Assembly: GCA_051117555.1 (NCBI GenBank)
Contig: JBNPEG010000104.1
Span: 1-15,811, forward strand
Length of the DNA: 15,811 nt
Source of the DNA: Elainellaceae cyanobacterium
Lineage (GTDB): Bacteria > Cyanobacteriota > Cyanobacteriia > CAZCXK01
Direction of reading: 5' to 3'
The position numbers and the translations under genes are program-made. This document shows, piece by piece, positions 7,127 to 15,067 of this stretch (position 1 is its first letter; the number at the start of each line of letters is the position of its first letter). A model generated the notes under the pieces. That model worked only from the letters and a program-made list of their open reading frames with translations. It searched no databases and was not told the DNA's origin.

Positions 7127-7951
7127 ATGGTTGAGGCACTCGTTGTTTTCCTACTGATTGGACTGATCATTGCTGGGATAGTAGTTCACCCAGTGTTGAT
7201 TAGATGCCGCCGCGATCGCCTCAAACGGCGTCCGTTTCCGCCTCAATGGGCTGCCATCCTAGACCATCATCTACCTATCTATGCTCGGCTTTCATCCGAT
7301 GAACGCCGTCGCCTTCGAGGTCACATCCAAATACTGTTGGCAGAAAAGCAGTTTATCGGCTGTGCCGGAGTGCAAATCACAGACGAAATCAGAGTGACGA
7401 TTGCGGCGATCGCCAGCCTGCTGCTGCTCAATGAGCGAGGCGACTATTTTTCAAAGCTCCGCTCTATTTTGGTCTATCCTGGCGCATATTTTGCCACTGA
7501 AACGACTCCGCTAGGAAATTTCGTCTCTCAACAGCGGAAAGTTGCGCGGCTCGGAGAATCGTGGTCACGCGATCAGTTAGTGCTGTCGTGGAAGCAGATT
7601 CAAGATGATGTGCAACATTGGCAGGATGGGCAAAATGTCGTGCTGCATGAGTTTACACACCAGTTGGATCAAGAAAATGGTAGTGCAGAAGGCGTGCCTA
7701 TCTTGCCCCGTGCGGCTGACTATTCTCGTTGGGCAACGGTGATGACCGATGCCTATCATCGATTTACTGACGATGTGGCGTGGGGAAAGTCTACCCCGCT
7801 AGATAGCTATGGAGCAAAGAATCCGGCAGAATTCTTCGCCGTTTCAACGGAGACTTTTTTTGAGAAGCCCCGCTCCCTAATGAACGACTATCCCGCCTTG
7901 TATGACCTCTTGCAGCACTATTATCGGCTTAACCCCTTACAGTGGAGCTAG
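7127..7951 (+). CDS. mtfA: MtfA / M90-family zinc-dependent peptidase with N-terminal TM
   Basis: 'EK.F.GC.G..ITDEIRV.IA', 'ILVYP', 'DGQNVVLHEFTHQLD' (HEXXH), 'YGAKNPAEFFAVSTETFFEKP'. Confidence 0.92.
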   Translation: MVEALVVFLLIGLIIAGIVVHPVLIRCRRDRLKRRPFPPQWAAILDHHLPIYARLSSDERRRLRGHIQILLAEKQFIGCAGVQITDEIRVTIAAIASLLLLNERGDYFSKLRSILVYPGAYFATETTPLGNFVSQQRKVARLGESWSRDQLVLSWKQIQDDVQHWQDGQNVVLHEFTHQLDQENGSAEGVPILPRAADYSRWATVMTDAYHRFTDDVAWGKSTPLDSYGAKNPAEFFAVSTETFFEKPRSLMNDYPALYDLLQHYYRLNPLQWS

Positions 7952-7995
7952 TAGAGCTGAATAGTTAAGCCTTGGTGATTAGGCGGTGCGGAATT

Positions 7996-8042
7996 GGGAG
8001 TATCTAGATTTTCGTGTAAGTGCGACCGTCTTCGGTCGCGTG
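7996..8042. mobile_element. Single end of miniature element family B
   Basis: 8005-8042 matches the reverse complement of 12747-12784 at 37/38 nt and includes the hairpin GCGACCG-N4-CGGTCGC. Confidence 0.75.
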
Positions 8043-8062
8043 TTCCCTGCTAAGATACTGCG

Positions 8063-8902
8063 ATGTCAACACAACTCAATTCAAACGAACGATTCGGCTG
8101 GTCACTCGATCACCGAGACCCTCACGTGATTCAATTGTGGTTGCCCATTTGGGAGTGGCTATATCACTATTATTTCCGGGTGAATACAAGCGGCTGGCAT
8201 CATATCCCGTCTGACGATAATGTTCTGCTGGTGGGATCTCACAATGGAGGGTTGGCATCTCCTGATACAACCATGATGATGGTGGATTGGTTTCACCGAT
8301 TTGGAACCGAACGCCCTGTCTATGGATTGATGCATCCCAATGCCTGGAAAGGGTTTCCAGAGTTAGCACAGCTTGCGGCTCAAGTTGGAGCTGTGATGGC
8401 ACATCCTAAAATGGCGATCGCTGCACTCCGTCGGGGTGCTAGTGTGCTGGTCTATCCAGGGGGCGCACCCGATGTGTTTCGACCCCATTCCTTGCGCACC
8501 ACAATTTGCCTAAATGATAATCATGCCTTTATCAAGTTGGCACTCCGAGAAAAGGTTCCTATTGTGCCGCTGGTGTCGTATGGTGCCCACGATACGCTGA
8601 TTGTTTTAGCAGACATCTATCCGGTTTTACAACAGCTTCATGAGTGGGGGATGCCGTGGCTGATGGGTCTTGATCCAGAAGTATTTCCCATTTACTTGGG
8701 CTTACCGTGGGGGCTGGCGATCGGCCCGCTTCCTAATATTCCGTTGCCTGTAACGATCTATACGCGAGTATGTCCACCCATTACGTTCAAGCGATATGGA
8801 CGAGAGGCTGCCCGCGATCACGAGTATGTGACTGCGTGTTACCAGCGGGTTGTGTCTCAAATGCAGCGTGAATTAGATGCGTTGGCCGATTCAGCCGAAT
8901 AG
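8063..8902 (+). CDS. Lysophospholipid/DGAT2-like acyltransferase, Synechocystis Slr2103-type (plastoquinol/phytol/DAG acylation)
   Basis: 'GWSLDxRDP', 'VLLVGSHNGGLASPD', 'VLVYPGG..DVFRP', 'DPEVFPIYLGLPWGLAIGPLPNIPLP' match the recalled Slr2103-type sequence. Confidence 0.85.
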   Translation: MSTQLNSNERFGWSLDHRDPHVIQLWLPIWEWLYHYYFRVNTSGWHHIPSDDNVLLVGSHNGGLASPDTTMMMVDWFHRFGTERPVYGLMHPNAWKGFPELAQLAAQVGAVMAHPKMAIAALRRGASVLVYPGGAPDVFRPHSLRTTICLNDNHAFIKLALREKVPIVPLVSYGAHDTLIVLADIYPVLQQLHEWGMPWLMGLDPEVFPIYLGLPWGLAIGPLPNIPLPVTIYTRVCPPITFKRYGREAARDHEYVTACYQRVVSQMQRELDALADSAE

Positions 8903-8908
8903 GAGATT

Positions 8909-9820
8909 TCAAGGTCGCGAGGGCTTAGCGAGTAGTGAGGTTGCAGAATATAGAATCAATGCCAACCAAATACACCCAAACGTAATGGCGTGGGTGTAGG
9001 TGAACGGTTCCTGATATAGAAATACGCCTAGAAGTAACTGCAAGGATGGAGCCACGTATTGAAAAAAACCAAGCGTTGAAAGGCGGAGGCGTTTTGCTGC
9101 ATTGTTAAACCAGAGGAGGGGGAATGAGGTCGTGATTCCGGCTCCGATGAACAATAGCGACAGTAACCAAGAGCTTCCTAATTGTCCATCCCCCATTGCA
9201 GCCCAATACGCGACTAGCAACAGTGCAAGCGGAGTAATCAGCAATGTTTCTACTGCTAACCCCAACATGGGGGTGACGTTGACAATCTTGCGAAGTAGCC
9301 CATAACATGCAAATGAAAGCGCTAGGCCAATAGCAATCCAGGGAACCTCACCGAACTGCCAAACAAAGTTGGCAACGCCGATTCCAGCTAGAACAACTGC
9401 GAGTTGCTGCCCGCGATATAGCCGTTCTTGCAACACCACAAACCCCAGTAAAACGCTAACCAAGGGATTGATGAAATACCCAAGACTGGTTTCTATGACG
9501 CGATCGCTATTGACGCCGTAAATATAGAGCCCCCAGTTGAACGTGAGCAGGCTTGCCGTTGCCAGCAATAGCATTAACTGTTTGGGAGCGCGAAGCAGTT
9601 GTCCCATTTCAGCATTGCGCCGCTGCACGATGAGCACGAGGCTTAAAAATACCATCGACCAGATAATGCGATGACTCAATACTTCGACAGCAGGAACCTG
9701 CCCAAAGAGTTTCCAATACATTGGCAGCAAGCCCCAGGATGTATAGGCTAAGACGGCATAGATAATACCGCTACTAAACACAGTGGGCGATGATGGAGGC
9801 GGTTGAGTGGGTGTATTCAA
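8909..9820 (-). CDS. rarD: EamA-family transporter RarD
   Basis: 'YTSWGLLPMYWK', 'EVLSHRIIWS', 'NWGLYIYGVN', 'SLGYFINPL', 'YGLLRK', 'LGFFQYVAPSLQ'. The start is uncertain; TTG 9820 (303 aa) is preferred over 9913, which lies at a tandem repeat. Confidence 0.93.
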   Translation of the reverse strand: MNTPTQPPPSSPTVFSSGIIYAVLAYTSWGLLPMYWKLFGQVPAVEVLSHRIIWSMVFLSLVLIVQRRNAEMGQLLRAPKQLMLLLATASLLTFNWGLYIYGVNSDRVIETSLGYFINPLVSVLLGFVVLQERLYRGQQLAVVLAGIGVANFVWQFGEVPWIAIGLALSFACYGLLRKIVNVTPMLGLAVETLLITPLALLLVAYWAAMGDGQLGSSWLLSLLFIGAGITTSFPLLWFNNAAKRLRLSTLGFFQYVAPSLQLLLGVFLYQEPFTYTHAITFGCIWLALILYSATSLLAKPSRP

Positions 9821-9881
9821 GGATAGTGGTGAATGAGACGGGCAAGTCTTGATTGTAGCGATCGCCCCGCTGGTTTGAGCA

Positions 9882-9911
9882 ATTGGATGGCATTGGATGG
9901 CATTGGATGGC
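9882..9911. repeat. 10-bp tandem repeat ATTGGATGGC x3
   Basis: Three exact copies between the TVP38 gene and rarD. Confidence 0.9.
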
Positions 9912-9925
9912 AATCCTGGCCCATA

Positions 9926-10582
9926 CTAGCGATCGCCCTCGTCGGGGAGCTGCTGCTTTCGCTGCACCCAGCCTGTGATGATCGCCAGGGCAAACACGCC
10001 CAGCAGCGCCACTCCCAGCAAAATTCTGCCGCCTTCTAAAATCCCGGCTCCAAGGGCAACAATGGGCGGGTTTGAAATTCCGATGCTAATCACGAGCGCC
10101 GGGAGAAATCGGAGCCAGTGGGTCTTTGTCAGCCCGACGCCGTAGCAAACAAAGTCGAAGAAGCCCGTCATCAAAAAGCCCGTCATCATAAAAAAGTTGT
10201 TCTCAAGATGCTGCTGACTGAGGCGATCGACTCGATACATAAAGCGATCGCCCACCAATCGCTTGACGACATCTCGCCCAAATTGCCGCGAGAGGGTAAA
10301 ACTAATCGTGCAGGATGCTAAATCTGCCAAACAAATGATCAATAATCCTTGGGCAAAGCCAAATAACCCTCCCGATAACACCGAATAGGCAGTGCCGGGA
10401 AGCGCCGGAACAATCACGCTGAGAAACCGCAGGGCAAACATTCCTAATGGAGCCCAGACGCCTAATGCATTAATGTTGTCTCGAAGGCGCTCGATGCCAA
10501 ATCGATGGGCAAGCCAGGTCAGCAGCGCAATGAGCGCGACTATTAGCACAAACTGAATGACTTTGCGAACCTTAGCCGTCAT
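9926..10582 (-). CDS. TVP38/TMEM64 (DedA/VTT-domain) membrane protein
   Basis: 'G.WAPL', 'VIVPALPG', 'GGLFGFAQG', 'F.LSRQFGR', 'FDFVCYGVGLT'; multi-TM, 218 aa. Confidence 0.88.
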   Translation of the reverse strand: MTAKVRKVIQFVLIVALIALLTWLAHRFGIERLRDNINALGVWAPLGMFALRFLSVIVPALPGTAYSVLSGGLFGFAQGLLIICLADLASCTISFTLSRQFGRDVVKRLVGDRFMYRVDRLSQQHLENNFFMMTGFLMTGFFDFVCYGVGLTKTHWLRFLPALVISIGISNPPIVALGAGILEGGRILLGVALLGVFALAIITGWVQRKQQLPDEGDR

Positions 10583-10660
10583 GGATATTCAAGTGGGGTC
10601 TACTATCGAACCAGTCTACTCCTGTATTTTCTCAAGATTTTGTTGAATTTGAATACTTAA

Positions 10661-11155
10661 TCATGACGGGCGATCGCCAGCCAGCATTGCTTCGGGTGGA
10701 AACAGGGTGCGAACTGAAAACGCATAGGGTGTTGCCCCGTGCTGACGGAGATGGTCGAGCCGTGCTTTCGCTTCTTCAACGGTGGGAAGGTGTCCGGCTG
10801 GCACCCACCATAGCGCCAGGATAGGCTGGTCAGATTTCTCAAACCAGAGGTGGCGATCGCGCATGATATGGCCGTGCTGGCTACGATAGACAAAGGCTAT
10901 AAATGCCTCGATTGACTCCCAAACCGAAAGATTAATCAAAATTCGGTCGTCATCGTAGGGTCGAAAACTGGTGGCATCGTTGTCTTGATTGCCTATTAGC
11001 CGCCAAACAAATCCTGGACTGTGGTCAGCGATCGCATTGATAACGTCTAACTGAGCCACAAAATCTGCCATGATGGGATTATCTAATGGTGCTCGTATCG
11101 TCCCAATATTAATTTGAGCCAAATGATAGTCAGCCTGATCGTGAAAGGTCTGCAT
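10661..11155 (-). CDS. DUF3291 domain protein (dimeric alpha-beta barrel)
   Basis: 'YHLAQINIG', 'PLDNPIMADF', 'INAIAD.SPGFVWRL', 'NLSVWESIEA', 'LWWVPAGH.PT..EA..RL..L..HGAT.YAF'. Start is ATG 11155 or TTG 11170. Confidence 0.9.
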   Translation of the reverse strand: MQTFHDQADYHLAQINIGTIRAPLDNPIMADFVAQLDVINAIADHSPGFVWRLIGNQDNDATSFRPYDDDRILINLSVWESIEAFIAFVYRSQHGHIMRDRHLWFEKSDQPILALWWVPAGHLPTVEEAKARLDHLRQHGATPYAFSVRTLFPPEAMLAGDRPS

Positions 11156-11212
11156 AGGTAAGCGGGTCAAATCGTCTGAACATCAACGTACCGTGCAAAG
11201 CTAGATTCTCGG

Positions 11213-11246
11213 TAGAGCCAGATTGCACCCATTTTGATAGAACCAG
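11213..11246. promoter_or_regulatory. Candidate MocR operator: direct repeat TAGA(G/A)CCAG, 25-bp period
   Basis: TAGAGCCAG (11213-11221) and TAGAACCAG (11238-11246) lie in the short divergent intergenic region. Confidence 0.55.
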
Positions 11247-11253
11247 TTGCCCT

Positions 11254-12660
11254 ATGCTTTGGTTGTCATTAGATCGAACATCCTCTACGCCTCTACTCCG
11301 CCAGATCTATCTCGAACTGCGCGATCGCATTTTGAAAGGACACCTTCCCGCCGGACAGAAATTGCCGTCTAGCAGAGAATTGGCACATCATCTCAATGTA
11401 TCGCGCAATAGTGTCTTAGACGCCTATGATCAGCTCATTGCAGAGGGCTATCTAGAATCTCGCCCCCGATCGGGCACGTATGTGGCGCAAGGAGCCTATT
11501 GGGAATTTACTGCTCCGGCTCCTAGCCCAGCTCCGCCTGATGCTTTGCTACATTCGACTTCAACCGATTTGATCGACTTCCGGTCAGGCATTCCAGCGCT
11601 GGATGCTTTTCCGCGAAAATGGTGGAGTCAGCTTGCGCGACAAGCATTTCAAGATGCGCCTACCGATGCCTTGAGCTATGGGCTACCGCAGGGATGCGCA
11701 GAACTCCGAGCCGCACTCGCGCACTACGTGCAAAAGTCAAGAGGTGTCCGATGCAATGCCGAACACCTCATCATTACCAATGGCGCGACGCAAGCCTATT
11801 CGCTCATTGCAAAGCTACTCACCTCCCCTGGAGACTCTATTGTTATCGAAGATCCCGTTCCGACTGAAATTCGGCAAATTTTCTCTGGATTTGGGCTGTC
11901 ATTATTGTCTGTGCCAGTTGATTCCTGTGGACTGCAAACCGATAAACTACCGCGCGATCGCACGCCTCGCTTAACTCTGATTACCCCTTCCCACCAGTTT
12001 CCAATGGGCTGTGTGTTGACCATTCAGCGCCGCATCGAACTTCTTCGCTATGCCCAACACACGCATGGGTATGTGATCGAAGACGACTACGACAGCGAAT
12101 TTCGCTATGAAGGAACGCCTGTCAGCTCAATGCAAGGCATGGCTCCTGAACAGGTCATCTATGTAGGCACCTTTAGCAAAACCCTACTACCATCGTTGCG
12201 ATTGGGCTATATGGTACTTCCATCCTCTCTAGTTGAATCATGTCGGCATCTGAAACGGCTCAGCGATTTGCATTCGTCCTCTCTCGAACAGCTCACGCTG
12301 ACTCTATTTATTCAACACGGGTACTTGGAACGGCATATCGCCCGCATGAAAAAGCTCTATCGATCGCGCCGAGATGCCCTCAAGCACTGTCTCAATCATC
12401 ACTTTGGCGATCGCATTCAGCTTTTGGGAGACTCTACCGGATTGCATCTGGTTGCAGAGTTTCGAGAGCTATCATTTTCTCCCTCATTGTTAGAGGCGAT
12501 CGCCCGTCAAAAAGTATGTGTCTACCCGGTGTCTGACTATGCGCTAAATCCAATGGCTCATCACAATCAGATTGTCTTGGGCTATGGAAATACGTCTATC
12601 CCTGATATTGAACAAGGAATCGAACGGCTTAAGGCTGCATTCGATGAGTCAGAGATATGA
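11254..12660 (+). CDS. MocR/GabR-family transcriptional regulator (GntR wHTH plus PLP aminotransferase-like domain)
   Basis: 'KLPSSRELA..LNVSRNSV..AYDQLIAEGYL', 'TPSHQFPMG', 'EDDYDSEFRY', 'GTFSKTLLPSLRLGY'. Confidence 0.96.
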   Translation: MLWLSLDRTSSTPLLRQIYLELRDRILKGHLPAGQKLPSSRELAHHLNVSRNSVLDAYDQLIAEGYLESRPRSGTYVAQGAYWEFTAPAPSPAPPDALLHSTSTDLIDFRSGIPALDAFPRKWWSQLARQAFQDAPTDALSYGLPQGCAELRAALAHYVQKSRGVRCNAEHLIITNGATQAYSLIAKLLTSPGDSIVIEDPVPTEIRQIFSGFGLSLLSVPVDSCGLQTDKLPRDRTPRLTLITPSHQFPMGCVLTIQRRIELLRYAQHTHGYVIEDDYDSEFRYEGTPVSSMQGMAPEQVIYVGTFSKTLLPSLRLGYMVLPSSLVESCRHLKRLSDLHSSSLEQLTLTLFIQHGYLERHIARMKKLYRSRRDALKHCLNHHFGDRIQLLGDSTGLHLVAEFRELSFSPSLLEAIARQKVCVYPVSDYALNPMAHHNQIVLGYGNTSIPDIEQGIERLKAAFDESEI

Positions 12661-12793
12661 GAGTGTTCCAAATTTTGTGTAACTAAGTGTGTTTGCCCTG
12701 GCAACGCGGAGCATAACGTCTCGCTCACATCCCCACGGTTAGGGCCCACGCGACCGATGACGGTCGCACTTACACGAAAATCTAAACGCTCTC
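12659..12793. mobile_element. Miniature element family B (MITE-like, 135 bp)
   Basis: Imperfect 24-bp TIRs: GAGAGTGTTCCAAATTTTGTGTAA versus the reverse complement of the right end, GAGAGCGTTTAGATTTTCGTGTAA. Internal hairpin; second end copy at 7996-8042. Confidence 0.7.
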
Positions 12794-12846
12794 TAATCGC
12801 ACAGCAGGACGATGCTATCAAAACCTGCCCCTACGCTGCCCCTACG
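12794..12846. repeat. Right half of a REP doublet, with an 11-bp tandem duplication
   Basis: 12794-12836 is identical to 13322-13364 at 41/43 nt. CTGCCCCTACG x2 at 12825-12846. Confidence 0.85.
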
Positions 12847-12856
12847 GAGTTTATTT

Positions 12857-13055
12857 CTCCGTCGTTTCTATTTTGAACCCCGTCGTTTCTATAAATGACT
12901 CCGTTGACGCCCAAAATTTCTTGCCATTTCTATAAATTACCCCGTCGTTTCTATAAATGACTCCATCGTTTCTATAAATAACCCCATCGACGCCCAAAAT
13001 TTCTTGTCGTTTCTATAAATAACCCCGTCGTTTCTATAATTAACTCCATCGACGC
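12857..13055. repeat. Tandem array of ~10 units of 21/20 bp with an 83-bp higher-order period
   Basis: Main unit is C(C/T)CC(G/A)TCGTTTCTATAAAT(G/A)A. The variant 20-bp unit C.CC.T.GACGCCCAAAATT occurs at 12899 and 12982. Confidence 0.92.
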
Positions 13056-13279
13056 ATATCAGACCCCTGTCAGCGGGGTTCAAAATAGAAACTTGCGGTG
13101 TTCTCCCAACATTGCGATCGCACTCATCATTCACAGGAGGCGAGAGACCTCCGCACCCTAAGTAATTAAGCATCTCAGAACAGTAATTAAGCTGGTTTGG
13201 AATCTTGGCGATCGCCCGACGACTAACCTAAATTTCGGAATGCCGTGACGATTTGCGGGAATGGAAATTAATCCCAGCA

Positions 13280-13364
13280 CGTAGGGACGTAGGGGCGTAG
13301 GGGCAGGTTTAGCCAATACGTTAATCGCACAGCAGAACGATGCTGTCAAAACCTGCCCCTACGC
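13280..13364. repeat. GTAG-type REP doublet (REPIN-like)
   Basis: Perfect 15-bp IR CGTAGGGGCAGGTTT (13296-13310) / AAACCTGCCCCTACG (13349-13363). The left end stutters CGTAGGG(A/G) x3. Confidence 0.85.
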
Positions 13365-13435
13365 GACCCGTCCTCTTAAACCATCCTCTAAGCGACCGAT
13401 TTACTAACAAAAGAGTTTAAAAAATGTGAAGGAAT

Positions 13436-13456
13436 CTAACCTGCGTATGAGGTTAG
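13436..13456. promoter_or_regulatory. Candidate operator palindrome CTAACCT-N7-AGGTTAG upstream of the RND operon
   Basis: Perfect 7-7-7 inverted repeat ending about 80 bp before ATG 13535. Confidence 0.4.
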
Positions 13457-13534
13457 TTCATAGCTAGGCGATTATCGTCACAGTTAGAGTCCACCTGAAT
13501 TGTGGCTCCCTGTGTTTCTAGCCCACAAAAAATA

Positions 13535-15004
13535 ATGAGCCAGTCTCAATCCTCTAATCAACATAATCAATCCCCAAATACTACTCCAAATCGTGATGAA
13601 TCTCCGAATGGTAATCAAAGCTCAGAAACCACGACTGTCGAACGCGATTCCCGATTTGATGCCGATCAACCCGACGGGCGATCGCCTGATACGCTCGGCG
13701 GGTCGTCGCAAGAAAAATGGATTGGCATTTTACTGGGCGTCTTAGTGTTACTAGGGATTGGCTATGGTGCATGGCGCTGGTGGAGTGCATCTCAGGGGAG
13801 TGATTCCCAAATGCAAGCGCCCCAAGGCGCACCTGTCCAGGTGGCATCGGTAGAAACTGCAACTATTCAAGAAACGTCGACCTTTACAGGCACTCTCAAT
13901 GCAGAGCAATCCGTGAGCATCCAGTCTGAGCGGAGTGGTCGCGTTGAAGACATTTTGGTGCAGGAAGGGCAGCAAGTCAGCGAAGGAACGCCGATTGTTC
14001 AGTTGGGAGCGGCCCGTGAACAGGCTGATATTGCAGGTGCCAGAGCGCAAGTAGACGTTGCTCAATCCGCGTTGGAGAGTGCTCAAGCAGAGTTGGAAGC
14101 CTTACGAGCGGAAAGAGAGCGAGCACAGGCAGAACTAAATCTGAGACAAGAGCAGTTGCAGCGCTATTCTCAACTGGTTGAAGAAGGAGCTTTTCCTCAA
14201 CAAGAATTAGACCAGCGACAGCGCGATTTAGAAGTGGGTCAGGCTGAGCTAAATGCGGTTAATCGGCAAATTCAGGCGGCTCAAGCCAGAATCAATGAAG
14301 CAAGAGCTACCCTGAGGCAGCGACGGGCGAACGTCACTCGGCTGCGGCAAGATGTGCGAGATACGACCGTCTTTTCACCCTTTGCCGGCGTGATTGGCAA
14401 TATCCCGATTGAGTTGGGAGATTATGTTGAGGTGGGGCAGTCATTGACCACTATTGTTGCCAATCAGACCTTAGAACTGCTGCTGCAAATTCCTCAAGAG
14501 CGATCGCCCGATTTGCGCATTGGGTTACCCGTTCAGGTCGAAGATGCTCAAGGAAATACTCTAGGGCAGGGGCGGATTAGTTTTATTTCTCCTCAAATTA
14601 ATACCGACTCTCAACTGATTCTCACCAAGGCGACGTTCTCGAATGAATCGGGTCAACTGCGAGACGGGCAGTTTGTCCGCGCCAAGGTGATTTGGGAACG
14701 CACGCCGAATCAAATCGTGGTGCCGCAAACCGCTGTGATTTATCAGGGCGATCGCCGGTTTGTCTATGTCCCCGAAAGACAAGACGATCAACTTACTGCT
14801 CAGCAGCAGATGATTGAGCTTGGGGCAGAACAGGGCACCCAAGTTGAAGTGTTAGACGGACTGCAAGCGAGCGATCGCATCATCACCTCAGGCACGCAAC
14901 AGCTTGCAGATGGCGCACCCATTCGGCTATTAGAAAACGAGCAAAACGGTGGGCAAAACGGACAGCCTAGCCAGACCAGTAGCGATGAAACCGGCGGAGG
15001 GTGA
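13535..15004 (+). CDS. RND efflux periplasmic adaptor (membrane fusion protein)
   Basis: One TM, lipoyl half-motifs 'SGRVEDILVQEGQQV.EG' and 'SPFAGVIG...ELGDYV', long coiled-coil hairpin, 'GRISFISPQ', 'LRDGQFVRA', 'VLDGLQASDRIITSG'. Confidence 0.95.
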   Translation: MSQSQSSNQHNQSPNTTPNRDESPNGNQSSETTTVERDSRFDADQPDGRSPDTLGGSSQEKWIGILLGVLVLLGIGYGAWRWWSASQGSDSQMQAPQGAPVQVASVETATIQETSTFTGTLNAEQSVSIQSERSGRVEDILVQEGQQVSEGTPIVQLGAAREQADIAGARAQVDVAQSALESAQAELEALRAERERAQAELNLRQEQLQRYSQLVEEGAFPQQELDQRQRDLEVGQAELNAVNRQIQAAQARINEARATLRQRRANVTRLRQDVRDTTVFSPFAGVIGNIPIELGDYVEVGQSLTTIVANQTLELLLQIPQERSPDLRIGLPVQVEDAQGNTLGQGRISFISPQINTDSQLILTKATFSNESGQLRDGQFVRAKVIWERTPNQIVVPQTAVIYQGDRRFVYVPERQDDQLTAQQQMIELGAEQGTQVEVLDGLQASDRIITSGTQQLADGAPIRLLENEQNGGQNGQPSQTSSDETGGG

Positions 15005-15067
15005 TGACGTACGTACTACTCAATGTCTTGACCCTTTACGCCTGACACCCTTACTCTCTTTTTCTTC

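Noticed and set aside
9821..9913. RarD N-terminal extension
   Set aside because: It is derived from a 10-bp (non-triplet) tandem repeat and HIP1, and is not RarD-like.
12857..13055. CRISPR array
   Set aside because: Units are contiguous 20-21 bp with no unique spacers, and there are no cas genes.
12937..13349. ORFs 12937..13173 and 13158..13349 as genes
   Set aside because: They run through repeat/REP DNA, change register within the array and show no recognisable domain.
13535..13720. S/Q/N-rich N-terminus of the adaptor as a novel domain
   Set aside because: Low-complexity cytoplasmic tails are common in cyanobacterial membrane fusion proteins.
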